From an uncultured Candidatus Micrarchaeota archaeon (lineage in GTDB: Archaea > Micrarchaeota > Micrarchaeia > Anstonellales > Bilamarchaeaceae): a DNA stretch of 64,000 nucleotides. The number at the start of each line of letters is the position of its first letter. Position 1 is the stretch's first letter. The DNA lies in assembly GCA_963804385.1 (NCBI GenBank), contig CAWDQD010000013.1, forward strand, positions 43,735-107,734, in the 5' to 3' direction. Positions 10,144-18,894 of the stretch are shown in pieces. The notes beneath the pieces are model-generated. The model was not told where the DNA came from. It saw only the letters and a list, made by a program, of their open reading frames with translations, and made no database searches. Position numbers and translations under genes: made by a program.

Positions 10144-10476
10144 ATGATTCTCAAGCAGAAATGCGATGGCGGAAAACCACTGCCTATGGTGGTCTGCCTG
10201 GATGGGGGGATCCACGCGCCCATGATGAGGAGGGTGAGCCTGGACATTTTCTGCCCTGATATCAACTCCGGAGTCAGATTGGACCTCAAAAGCATAAGCG
10301 AGAAAAGGGAGAAGGGGCAAGACACGCTCAAGATAGACATGGACTGGGCCGATCTGAGACCTAGGCTCGCTGGCGGGCTCCAGGTGTTCTTCGCGAGCGA
10401 TACCGATCTGACCGGGTTCCGGCTCGAGCATATCGGAAGGCTCTTCGGGAATCGCGAGCGCGGGTCGATCCAATGA
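10144..10476 (+). CDS. Small conserved hypothetical protein, family member 2
   Basis: ATG at 10144 gives MILKQKCDGGKPLPMVVCLDGGIHAPMMRRVSLDIFCPDINSGVRLDLKS, which is colinear with MIQRQKK...PLAEGINVSRVGTVKLDIICTD of 7758..8078. Confidence 0.5.
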   Translation: MILKQKCDGGKPLPMVVCLDGGIHAPMMRRVSLDIFCPDINSGVRLDLKSISEKREKGQDTLKIDMDWADLRPRLAGGLQVFFASDTDLTGFRLEHIGRLFGNRERGSIQ

Positions 10477-10841
10477 TCAAACCGGGCGCGCATCAAAGCG
10501 GTATCGGCATAATCCCGAAAGCTGGGGGTTCCAACCACAGCATGATGATCCCTTTGGCCGAAGGCATCAACATCTCCAACGTAGGCACTGTGAGATTGAG
10601 GACGTTCTGCAATGACAATAGTGCGTCGCTCGTGTTGGACCTCAAACGCGTGGACGGGACCAAGCCCGAGGGACGCGGGACCATAGAGATGACCATGGAG
10701 TGGAAAGATCTCGATTACATGCTCGCGGAAGATTTCGAGGTGTCCTTCGTGAACGACTCCCATGCGGAAAGGTTCAGGCTCGAGCGCATCGGAAGAGAAA
10801 GGATGCTCGGCGAAAAGAATGAAGAGCCCGCGAAAAACTAA
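10473..10841 (+). CDS. Small conserved hypothetical protein, family member 3
   Basis: ATGA overlap with the preceding gene. It contains MMIPLAEGINISNVGTVRLRTFCNDNSASLVLDLKR, the same motif as the other two members. Confidence 0.55.
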   Translation: MIKPGAHQSGIGIIPKAGGSNHSMMIPLAEGINISNVGTVRLRTFCNDNSASLVLDLKRVDGTKPEGRGTIEMTMEWKDLDYMLAEDFEVSFVNDSHAERFRLERIGRERMLGEKNEEPAKN

Positions 10842-12181
10842 ACGTTTCCGGCTGCACGCTGGACCACTTCGTTCAATGCCGGGTGGATGTGTATCGTCCG
10901 CAGTATGTCGTTGATGTTGCATTTCCCGGCCTTCATCGAGACGAGGACCTCGTGTATCAGGTTCGATGCCTCGGGCCCCATGATGTGGCAGCCTAATATC
11001 TTGCCTTCGTAATCCGCCAGGAATTTCACGAACCCGTTCTTTTCCCCCATGGCCTCGCCCATCCCCGTATCCGCGTAATTGTACCGGCCGACCATGTGAT
11101 CCACTTTCTTCTCCTTGAGCTCCTGCTCGGTAGCTCCGACCCCGGCTATCTGCGGGTAGGAGAAGACTGCATGCGGCATCGCCGTGTAATCCACGGGGTG
11201 CCGATGAGCCGGAGTGAGAAGGGCGATCGTCACATATTCCGCTTCCAGGTTCGCGGAGTGCTTGAACTGGTATTTGCCTGCGATGTCCCCCAGCGCCCAG
11301 ATGCCCGGGACGTTGGTCTCCATGTACTCGTTGGTCTCTATGAAACCGGCCTTGTTCGTCTTGAGGCCTGCTTTGGCGACTTCCAATATGTCCGTGTTCG
11401 GGATCCTCCCTGTCGCTATGAGCAGGTCCGTGCCTTCCACCGATGCGCCATCGCCATGGACGACGATGCGCGAGTTCTTCATCTCCACTTTCTTGGCAGT
11501 GAATTTCAGGCGCACATCGTATTGCTTCGAGAACAGCTCGGTGAAACGCTGCGATATCTCTTCATCCTCGTCAGGAAGCAATCGCACGTTGCGCTGGAGT
11601 ATCGTCACCTTCGATCCCATCGAGCCGAAGAAATGCGCAAGCTCGCACGCGATGTATCCGCCGCCGATTATGATGAGCTCCTTGGGCAGCTGCTCGAGCT
11701 TGAGCGCCCCGTCGCTCGTCATGTACTTGACCTTGTCCAGCCCTTCGATTGGCGGGATCGACGGACGCGTGCCTGCAGCGACCAGTATCTTTTCCCCCAT
11801 GATGGTCTTGCCGCCCACTTCCAATGCCTTGGCTCCGATGAATTTGGCGCGGTCCTTGAAGAGCGTCGGGTTGCTGGCTTTCCTGAGGCTGTCCTCGATG
11901 TTCTTGGAATCCGTGTCCACTGCCCGGGCGCGTGCCATCGCTTTCTTGAAATCGACCTTGACCGAACCGACCGTTATGCCGAATTCCTCGGCGTGCTTTA
12001 TCGTCTGCATGACGTCTGCCGAGTGTATCAATACTTTCGTAGGAATGCAGCCCCGGTTGAGGCACGTCCCGCCTAACGGGCCTTCCTCCACTATTGCGAC
12101 CTTCATGCCGTTCGCGGCCGCTGTCGCTGCGACATCCAACCCTGAACCCGAACCGATGACTATGAGATCGAATTTTGACAT
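10838..12181 (-). CDS. Class I FAD-dependent pyridine nucleotide-disulfide oxidoreductase (dihydrolipoamide dehydrogenase / glutathione-reductase-like)
   Basis: N-terminal GSGSG dinucleotide fold, redox-active disulfide GGTCLNRGCIPTK, second GGGYIACE NAD(P) fold, and C-terminal HIHPALNE His-Glu dimer-interface motif. Confidence 0.85.
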   Translation of the reverse strand: MSKFDLIVIGSGSGLDVAATAAANGMKVAIVEEGPLGGTCLNRGCIPTKVLIHSADVMQTIKHAEEFGITVGSVKVDFKKAMARARAVDTDSKNIEDSLRKASNPTLFKDRAKFIGAKALEVGGKTIMGEKILVAAGTRPSIPPIEGLDKVKYMTSDGALKLEQLPKELIIIGGGYIACELAHFFGSMGSKVTILQRNVRLLPDEDEEISQRFTELFSKQYDVRLKFTAKKVEMKNSRIVVHGDGASVEGTDLLIATGRIPNTDILEVAKAGLKTNKAGFIETNEYMETNVPGIWALGDIAGKYQFKHSANLEAEYVTIALLTPAHRHPVDYTAMPHAVFSYPQIAGVGATEQELKEKKVDHMVGRYNYADTGMGEAMGEKNGFVKFLADYEGKILGCHIMGPEASNLIHEVLVSMKAGKCNINDILRTIHIHPALNEVVQRAAGNV

Positions 12182-12246
12182 AAAAGAAAATCGCAGAATA
12201 AGGATAAAAAGCGTGGCTAAAGGGTTGCCAAGAAAAAAAGTAGGGC

Positions 12247-12921
12247 TTACTTTGGAATTGCTTCAATTTTGCCTGCGAGTTCTCTAAGCATCTTTGCAGT
12301 TTCCAGAGGTTCGGTAACATGCATTCGGAATGTTTCGGCAGTGTCCATGCCGCCAAACCTTTGTCTGAAATCTTCTGCCATAGCTTCTAATTGCTCAACC
12401 CTTTGTAACAAGGCCTTGGGGTCTTGAATCTCAACCAGCTTGTCTGCAGGGACTGCCACCAGAAGCGCGGTCACATCACGGTCAACCAGCGCCACCCCCG
12501 AAGCATTGGACCAGCCGACGCTGGCAAGGACGCCGCGCCCCTTGACTTCGGCGCCACAGCCCCGCCCGAGAGGTCCGCTGAAGGCACTATCCTGATGACG
12601 CACTAGGTAAATGGCTTCCGGGTCTTCACGACTACTTTCCCGTCCATTGGGAATAGCGAATGGATTTCCATCTGGTACGTACCAGCCGTCTCGGAGTGGC
12701 AGGTCTATTTTTGTTTTTCCCTCGCCCTCATTCCATGCTAGCGCCTTAGTTTTATATGCCGCGTATTTAACAGAGGTCGCCGTTCTGCAAGGTAGGAAGC
12801 CTTGGATGTTTTTCCAATCAGTGCGGATGGCTTCATTAAGTAACGCATGAGTCATCATCCTCTTCGGATCGATTGTTCTTTCGTATTTTCCGCTATCAAC
12901 CTGAACCGTTGCAACACTCAT
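12247..12921 (-). CDS. Hypothetical protein, DGWY-motif family (member 1 of 4 in the window)
   Basis: 224-aa ORF. The core DLPLRDGWYVPDGNPFAIPNG...RGVLASVGWSNASGVALV resembles 12935..13684, 39846..40829 and 40917..41798. Confidence 0.55.
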   Translation of the reverse strand: MSVATVQVDSGKYERTIDPKRMMTHALLNEAIRTDWKNIQGFLPCRTATSVKYAAYKTKALAWNEGEGKTKIDLPLRDGWYVPDGNPFAIPNGRESSREDPEAIYLVRHQDSAFSGPLGRGCGAEVKGRGVLASVGWSNASGVALVDRDVTALLVAVPADKLVEIQDPKALLQRVEQLEAMAEDFRQRFGGMDTAETFRMHVTEPLETAKMLRELAGKIEAIPK

Positions 12922-12934
12922 GGATACACCTGAT

Positions 12935-13684
12935 TTACTTGGTCTGCCCGATCAGCCTTGCAGCAGCATCGGTCTGCATGCCACTAACCAACGCCACCCC
13001 GGAAGCACCGGACCAGAAATCGTAGGCATAGACGACGCGCCTGAGGTCGCAGTCTTGGTCGCCGAGGTCGCGGACCATAGAGCCGTGCCATCCTGTTGCT
13101 TTTTTATCGAAAGTGGTCCTGACCCAGCCATGCCTGGCAGTATCAGATGAACCCGGTTTATTGCCATCAGGGAAACCGTACTCGTCAGGTTCGGCCCATC
13201 CGTTCCTCATGAAGTTCATTGCCCGCACTAATCCGGCAAGAGCAGAAAGATCAACAGCCGCTGAAACAGTAAATTCATTTTTATCGGTTGGCTCTATCTT
13301 CAATAATCTTGTGGAGGGGTAGATGCCCATGCCAACAACGTTTTGCAGGCTGATCTCTTTTCCATCGAACTGCACCGGGACATCCGGGATTATCTTCTTG
13401 TAGCGGATTCCATCTTCGACCCAGACTATTTCTTTGCCCAATCGCGCAGCCGGGTCCTTATGATAAAGGCCGTATTCATCGGTCCTTATCCAGCGGTCGC
13501 CAATGATGGATCCATAGATTCCGCTTACGTTCAATGCGTCATCGGCATCCTTTACTTTGGCTATGTCTTCAACCTCGGGTTTAGATCTTCTAAGAAGATT
13601 GAACATCCGCAATTGGGTTGCTGGACCACCCATCGCGGTCATCTGCCTGCCATCAGACAGCACGTTCGGTTGAGTTGCAGCCAT
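12935..13684 (-). CDS. Hypothetical protein, DGWY-motif family (member 2)
   Basis: Trimmed to MAATQPNV (compare MAVAQPYENK of member 4). The C-terminal part NGWAEPDEYGFPDGN...YDFWSGASGVALV parallels member 1. Confidence 0.5.
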   Translation of the reverse strand: MAATQPNVLSDGRQMTAMGGPATQLRMFNLLRRSKPEVEDIAKVKDADDALNVSGIYGSIIGDRWIRTDEYGLYHKDPAARLGKEIVWVEDGIRYKKIIPDVPVQFDGKEISLQNVVGMGIYPSTRLLKIEPTDKNEFTVSAAVDLSALAGLVRAMNFMRNGWAEPDEYGFPDGNKPGSSDTARHGWVRTTFDKKATGWHGSMVRDLGDQDCDLRRVVYAYDFWSGASGVALVSGMQTDAAARLIGQTK

Positions 13685-13780
13685 GAATACACCTGGTATT
13701 GGTGAGCATATCATGCATCAAATTACTTAAAAGCCTATCTATTGACACATATTCGCCGATGAATCTTCAGGAAAAGAGCT

Positions 13781-14992
13781 TCAGGCGAATAGCGTCTTGA
13801 GCAGGAACATCGGGCCTATCAGGACCTTGTGGTTGTGCGGGTTCAGCATCGCGTCGCTGACCACGGCCTGCACGTCCTTGCTCCGCCTCGCTTTCCCTAT
13901 CACGAGATTGAGCAGCATAGGGTTCCTGCTGAGCTTCTGTATCTTGTAGTTGGTGTCCACCTCGTTCCCGATGTGGCCGAAAAGCTCTTCGCTGTAGCTC
14001 GAAAGCGATTTCTCCGAGAAATCGTTCGCCTCGAACGCCTTCACGATGGCCTGGGCGGCGTATTTCCCGCTGGTGAGCGCGTTGCCGATGCCCTCCCCGG
14101 TGAAAGGGTCTATGAGCGATGCGGCGTCCCCGACCAGCACGCAGCCGTCGAACGCGATCTTCACGCGCTTTGATGCGAAGGGGAGCATCCAGCTCTTTAT
14201 CTCGGTCACTCTTTTCGCGTCCTTGAAGCGCGCCTTGAATATCGGGTTCTTCTCGATCGTGTCGAGCATGACCTTCTGGAGGTTGACCTTGTTCTTCTTC
14301 ACGTCGTCAACGATCATGCCGATGCCCACGTTCGCCCGGTTGTTCGGCAGAGGGAATATCCAGAAATACCCCGGCAGAGCCTCTTTCACGAAGTGCAATT
14401 CGATGTTCTCGCTCATGCCGCCCACCCCTTCGTAGTAGCACCTGAGGCCTGCGCAGCGGTGGAGGTCGTCCCCCTGGCGCGCGTTGAGCTTGCTCGCCAT
14501 CACTCCCGCAGCTCCGTCCGCGCCCACCACGACCTTGGCCCGGAATTCCATCTCCTTGCCTGCGAAATCGCCCCGGACGCCTACGACGCGGCTGCCTTCC
14601 ATCACCAGGTCCTTGACGAAGAAGCCTTCGATGGTCTTGGCAGCGGCTTCCTTCGCGTGCTGGAATATCACGTTGTCGAAGACCTCGCGCCTGCACACGA
14701 ACCCTGGCGGCTGCTCCCCGGGCTTGCCGGCCGGGATCGGAGCCACCGTCCCGTTGGGGGAAGAGAACGTCACTCCGTACATGTCCTGGTGCTCCACGTC
14801 CTTGAAGCTCCCCAGGATGCCCAATTCGCTTAGGACGCCCACGGAGCGGCCGCTTATGCCGTCTCCGCATATCTTCTCGCGCGGGAATCTGGCCCGGTCG
14901 AGCAGAAGGACCTTCTTCCCCGCTTTCGCGAGGAACAGCGTGCACGAACATCCGGCAGGCCCTGCGCCTGCGACGATGACATCAAATTCCAT
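13781..14992 (-). CDS. Geranylgeranyl reductase family flavoprotein (archaeal lipid saturation type)
   Basis: Trimmed to MEFDVIVAGAGPAGCS (FAD fold). Contains the KICGDGIS and GDAASLIDPFTGEGIGNAL motifs typical of GGR. Confidence 0.85.
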   Translation of the reverse strand: MEFDVIVAGAGPAGCSCTLFLAKAGKKVLLLDRARFPREKICGDGISGRSVGVLSELGILGSFKDVEHQDMYGVTFSSPNGTVAPIPAGKPGEQPPGFVCRREVFDNVIFQHAKEAAAKTIEGFFVKDLVMEGSRVVGVRGDFAGKEMEFRAKVVVGADGAAGVMASKLNARQGDDLHRCAGLRCYYEGVGGMSENIELHFVKEALPGYFWIFPLPNNRANVGIGMIVDDVKKNKVNLQKVMLDTIEKNPIFKARFKDAKRVTEIKSWMLPFASKRVKIAFDGCVLVGDAASLIDPFTGEGIGNALTSGKYAAQAIVKAFEANDFSEKSLSSYSEELFGHIGNEVDTNYKIQKLSRNPMLLNLVIGKARRSKDVQAVVSDAMLNPHNHKVLIGPMFLLKTLFA

Positions 14993-15038
14993 GTGACCAC
15001 CGAAAAGACGATAAATGCTATAGAAGTATGAAATATGT

Positions 15039-15539
15039 ATGCTTATAATCATTTGCGGATTGCCCGGCAGCGGGAAGACCACGCTCTCCAGGCTGGTGTC
15101 CAGGCGCTATCGTGCGCTCCACATCAGCAGCGATGCCGTGAGGAAGGAGGTCATCCCGCATCCGACCTATTCCGAAGACGAGAAGAAAAAAGTGTACGAC
15201 GAGCTCGCGCGGCGCGTCGGAGCGGCGCTAAGCGAAGGGAGGAACGTGATCGCGGATTCCACGAACTACAAGAGAGAGCACAGGGAACGGATGAGGAAAT
15301 TGGCCGAGAGCATGAAGACGAGAAGCTACACCATCCTCTGCACCCTGCCCGAAGAGGAGATAAAGCGCAGGCTCGACCGTAGGAGGCAGGGCCTGAGCGA
15401 TGCGGATTACGCGGTATATATCAAGGTCAAGGGCATTTTCGAGAAGATGGACGAGGAGCATGTCGAAGTGGACTGCTCGCTCCCCAAGAAGGAGATGCTC
15501 GCGATCGTGGAAAGATACATAGGTGGCACCCATGGATAG
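15039..15539 (+). CDS. P-loop kinase-like ATPase (AAA_33 / zeta-toxin-like fold)
   Basis: MLIIICGLPGSGKTTLS Walker A at the N-terminus; about 166 aa. Confidence 0.75.
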   Translation: MLIIICGLPGSGKTTLSRLVSRRYRALHISSDAVRKEVIPHPTYSEDEKKKVYDELARRVGAALSEGRNVIADSTNYKREHRERMRKLAESMKTRSYTILCTLPEEEIKRRLDRRRQGLSDADYAVYIKVKGIFEKMDEEHVEVDCSLPKKEMLAIVERYIGGTHG

Positions 15540-16506
15540 CGAGATGGTCAGGAGATACGCGGATGAGAACGGTTTCAAGGTAGTGGAGACGCACATATCG
15601 TGGCTGCTCATCGGCAAGGAGGCTTATAAAATAAAGAAACCGGTCAAGTTCTCGTTCCTGGATTTCTCCACCCCCTCGCGCAGGAGGTTCTTCTGCAACG
15701 AGGAGGTCAGGCTGAACCGCAGGCTCGCCAAGGACGTCTATCTCGGCGTGGTCAGGATAGCCGAGGAGGACGGGAAGATGCGGATCCTGGGTGATTCGGA
15801 GACCGTACCGGAAGGCTCGGCCGTGGATTATGCGGTCAAGATGAGGGCCCTGGACGAGAGCAAGAGGATGGATCGGCTCCTGATGCAGGGCAAGGTCGGA
15901 GAAGGAGACATGCGGAACCTCGCCAGGATGATCGCCGACTTCCACGCTAAGACCGAGAAGGCCAAGGACGACTACGGGTCGCCGGACATAATATGGAAGC
16001 AGGTGTCTGACCTGCAGAATTTCAAGGAGGCCATCCAGAAGGCGTGCGGCATGGGCGCGTCCGTGGAGTTCATACTCGGCCGCTCCAAGGCGTTCATGGA
16101 CAGGAACCGGGAGCTGTTCATGAAGCGGATGGGCAGGGTGAGGGACTGCCACGGGGACCTGCATTCCGGGAACATATTCATGGACAACGGGATAACGATC
16201 ACCGATTGCATAGAGTTCAACCGGGACTTCCGCTGCATCGACGTGGCGAGCGACATCGCGTTCATGGCCATGGACCTGGACGCTTTCGGGAAGGAGGAGC
16301 TCTCGGACATATTCGTAGGGGAATACGTGACCAAGACGGATGATGGCGGAGCCGTCCAGATGCTCAAGTTCTACAAATGCTACCGCGCGAATGTGAGAGC
16401 GAAAGTCGCGGCCATCGGCTGGATGCAGGGCGGGAGCCTTGAAAACATCGAGAGGATGAAAAAATACCTGGCTTTAGCGGAGAGGTATGCGACGGAACTT
16501 GGATAA
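15532..16506 (+). CDS. Aminoglycoside/choline-kinase-like phosphotransferase (APH fold)
   Basis: Catalytic loop HGDLHSGNIF and downstream IEFNRDFRCIDVASDIAF. The start was set to the first ATG, which overlaps the upstream stop by 8 nt. Confidence 0.75.
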   Translation: MDSEMVRRYADENGFKVVETHISWLLIGKEAYKIKKPVKFSFLDFSTPSRRRFFCNEEVRLNRRLAKDVYLGVVRIAEEDGKMRILGDSETVPEGSAVDYAVKMRALDESKRMDRLLMQGKVGEGDMRNLARMIADFHAKTEKAKDDYGSPDIIWKQVSDLQNFKEAIQKACGMGASVEFILGRSKAFMDRNRELFMKRMGRVRDCHGDLHSGNIFMDNGITITDCIEFNRDFRCIDVASDIAFMAMDLDAFGKEELSDIFVGEYVTKTDDGGAVQMLKFYKCYRANVRAKVAAIGWMQGGSLENIERMKKYLALAERYATELG

Positions 16507-16541
16507 TACCTTTTTATACACTTGTATACACTAATAATACG

Positions 16542-17864
16542 ATGTCTTCCTCAGAATTATTCCTAGCCGCCACGCGTCCCAAAGCAGCCCGGCCGCTCCG
16601 GACCCTGCCGGAGAAATTGAAGGTGGGACTGCAGGCCCAGCTCGAAGGCATTATGGTCCCGGGGAACAGGAAGGAGTACCTGGATGCAGTGGCAGGCATC
16701 TCGGAGAACGTCTTCCCTGACGAGATACCTGGGATGCCGGAAAAGTACGACAAGGATATCATCGGGATCAACGGGGCGGTCGATTTCTCGAAGAGGCGCC
16801 TGCAGGCGGTCGCCAGGCTGCTCAGGCTCGCGGATTCGGACGATTACCTGAAATTCCTCGCGAGGCCGGGTTTCCGTCTGGCTACGTTCGAGAAGATGGC
16901 GGCTACATTCAATACAGACAGGGCGATCGTTTTCACTGATGTGCCTCCGGATGTCACCGAGAAGGCCGAAAGGATCTGCGCCCTGGCCAAGGAGGATTCG
17001 GATCATGCGCTCCGCGGCATCGCTGGCATACTGAAAGAATATCTCTCCAGGGACGCCGAGGAATCGTTCGAGCGGGCTTCGGCCATATGGACAGCGTACG
17101 AGAGCGCCGCGTTCCTGAGCGGTAACATAGAACGGGCGGCATCGCTGGTGCGCAAGAGCCACCCGCGAGTGTATTCCAGCCAGAAGAGGCTGTTCGAAGA
17201 CCAGGAATTCGTGTCCCCGCTGCTGCAGCAGGAGCTCGTTCCGGAGTATCTCAAATTCGTGGTGAAACCGCTTCTCCTCGAGCATGGGATCTACACCCAT
17301 CTGGACAAACGCAAGTACCTCAGGTTCTCGAAAAGATCCGACATCTGCATGATGAGGGGATATGTCCTGAGCCACCCCGAGGAGATATTCAAGAAGGACA
17401 CCCTGGCCATCACACTCGGCTGGGACATGCTGTTCAGGAGGGATGAGGAGCAGCACGCCCAGCACGAGCTGCAGCACGCGTTCGACAACCTGATATCCGT
17501 GGATGGCGGCAGCACGGATAGGGAATACCGGGCGACGCTGGCCGAGCTGGCGTTCTGCAGGAACAAATGGCCCACTCTCAACATGCTGATGGAGGTACCG
17601 GAACAGATATTGCTGGTGGCGATCCTAGGTGCCAAGCCCAACAGCAAACCTCATTTCGATGCCAAGGCGAGGGCGTGGAGAGAGCTCGCGCACGTGAACC
17701 CCGATATGTCAGGCATGATCGATGTGGTGGCGTCCCCGAATCCGCCCCTTCGCAACCTGGAACCCGGCAATGCAGGGGCGCACGCCATGGATCTCCTCAA
17801 TAAAGCCTACAAGAAGGCGTGCGGCCTCACTTACGACGAGATTCTTCGGCCGTTCAGGAGATAG
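16542..17864 (+). CDS. Hypothetical protein with an HExxH motif (putative zinc metallopeptidase-like)
   Basis: 440-aa ORF directly downstream of the kinase pair. Contains EEQHAQHELQHAFD (HExxH) followed by EYRATLAELAF. Confidence 0.55.
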   Translation: MSSSELFLAATRPKAARPLRTLPEKLKVGLQAQLEGIMVPGNRKEYLDAVAGISENVFPDEIPGMPEKYDKDIIGINGAVDFSKRRLQAVARLLRLADSDDYLKFLARPGFRLATFEKMAATFNTDRAIVFTDVPPDVTEKAERICALAKEDSDHALRGIAGILKEYLSRDAEESFERASAIWTAYESAAFLSGNIERAASLVRKSHPRVYSSQKRLFEDQEFVSPLLQQELVPEYLKFVVKPLLLEHGIYTHLDKRKYLRFSKRSDICMMRGYVLSHPEEIFKKDTLAITLGWDMLFRRDEEQHAQHELQHAFDNLISVDGGSTDREYRATLAELAFCRNKWPTLNMLMEVPEQILLVAILGAKPNSKPHFDAKARAWRELAHVNPDMSGMIDVVASPNPPLRNLEPGNAGAHAMDLLNKAYKKACGLTYDEILRPFRR

Positions 17865-17874
17865 TATACTTTTC

Positions 17875-17972
17875 TGAACTATATGGTTCACTTTTCTATA
17901 CTATATGGTTTATTAATTTATACTATGAACTATATTTGTGAACTATATGGTTCAAATATTTGAACTATTGGG
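17875..17972. promoter_or_regulatory. Cluster of TGAAC-N6-GTTCA operator-like repeats at the HEPN-MNT promoter
   Basis: tgaactatatggttca occurs perfectly at 17875-17890 and 17939-17954. Partial copies are at 17897-17912 (tatactatatggttta), 17926-17938 (tgaactatatttg) and 17961-17972 (tgaactattggg). Confidence 0.55.
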
Positions 17973-18468
17973 AAAGAAGAGCACTTCGATCGTTTTACGA
18001 TACTTCCTCAAGCACCCTACAGAAGAGGCGTATGCCGCCCAGCTCGGAAAGAAGCTGAAAATCGCGAGAACGAGCATTTTGGATGCATTGGCCGTGCTGC
18101 AAAAAAGCCAGTTGATAGGACTGAAAAATATTGGGAGGACAAAACAGTACTTACTGAAAAGAGAGGATGCACGCGTCAAGCAACTCAAAATCATCTATAC
18201 AGTCGACAATCTACTGTCGATGCTCAAAGAAATTGAAGGGGTGGAAGTATATCTTTACGGATCGGCAGCGCGCGGCGAAGATACTGAGAAAAGCGACATA
18301 GACATTCTTTTCATGGGAGAGCGCCCGAAAGACGGACTGCTGGAAAATATCCAAAGCGAAGAGAAGATCAAGCCGATTTTCCTCACTTTCCTGGAATATT
18401 CCTCTTTGGCCAGGAAGGACAAACCTTTTTATGAGAGGATTGAAAAGGACAAGATAAGGCTGATATGA
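17947..18468 (+). CDS. Minimal nucleotidyltransferase (MNT) with an N-terminal winged-helix domain; antitoxin-type partner of HEPN
   Basis: LYGSAARGEDTEKSDIDILF (GSxxRG...DxD pol-beta NTase motif). The N-terminal ~90 aa is wHTH-like. First ATG at 17947. Confidence 0.8.
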   Translation: MVQIFELLGKKSTSIVLRYFLKHPTEEAYAAQLGKKLKIARTSILDALAVLQKSQLIGLKNIGRTKQYLLKREDARVKQLKIIYTVDNLLSMLKEIEGVEVYLYGSAARGEDTEKSDIDILFMGERPKDGLLENIQSEEKIKPIFLTFLEYSSLARKDKPFYERIEKDKIRLI

Positions 18469-18890
18469 TGGACCTAGAACAATTGGTGGCGGCAGGACTT
18501 ATCCATAAGGTCGTGCCTGCGAAAGACCTCGCGGAGAAAGAGTTCCATGAAGCCGATTACGATATTGAACGTGCCAAGGAAGCCCTAGAAAGCAAAGATT
18601 ACAAGTGGTCCATAGTCAAGGCGTATTATGCCGTGTTCCATTCCGCCAGGGGAATCATGTTCCTGATGGGATACCGTGAAAAATCGCATTTCGGAGTCGG
18701 AGAGTATCTAGGCATATTATCCAAGGAAGGGAAACTGGAAAGCAGATATGCACAGGACTTCAAGGCGGCGATGAGCGCTCGGCAGGCCGCGGATTACAAT
18801 TACGATTATTCGAAAGAGAAGGCTGAGATGGTCGTTTCCATGGCGGAAGAATTCCTGGAGAGGATGGAAAAATTAAAGACGGCATTGTGA
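18465..18890 (+). CDS. HEPN domain protein (toxin-type partner of MNT)
   Basis: ATGA overlap with the MNT gene. About 140 aa, helical, with MSARQAADYNYDY, typical of the HEPN family partnered with MNT. Confidence 0.8.
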   Translation: MMDLEQLVAAGLIHKVVPAKDLAEKEFHEADYDIERAKEALESKDYKWSIVKAYYAVFHSARGIMFLMGYREKSHFGVGEYLGILSKEGKLESRYAQDFKAAMSARQAADYNYDYSKEKAEMVVSMAEEFLERMEKLKTAL

Positions 18891-18894
18891 TCAT

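Noticed and set aside
10131-10922. A 263-aa minus-strand ORF across the two small plus-strand paralogs.
   Set aside because: It is antisense to two genes supported by a three-member family, and its translation has no recognisable features.
11214-12287. 357-aa and 326-aa plus-strand ORFs and a 261-aa minus-strand ORF overlapping the disulfide oxidoreductase gene.
   Set aside because: These are shadow ORFs opposite or out of frame to a gene with unmistakable FAD/NAD and redox-disulfide motifs.
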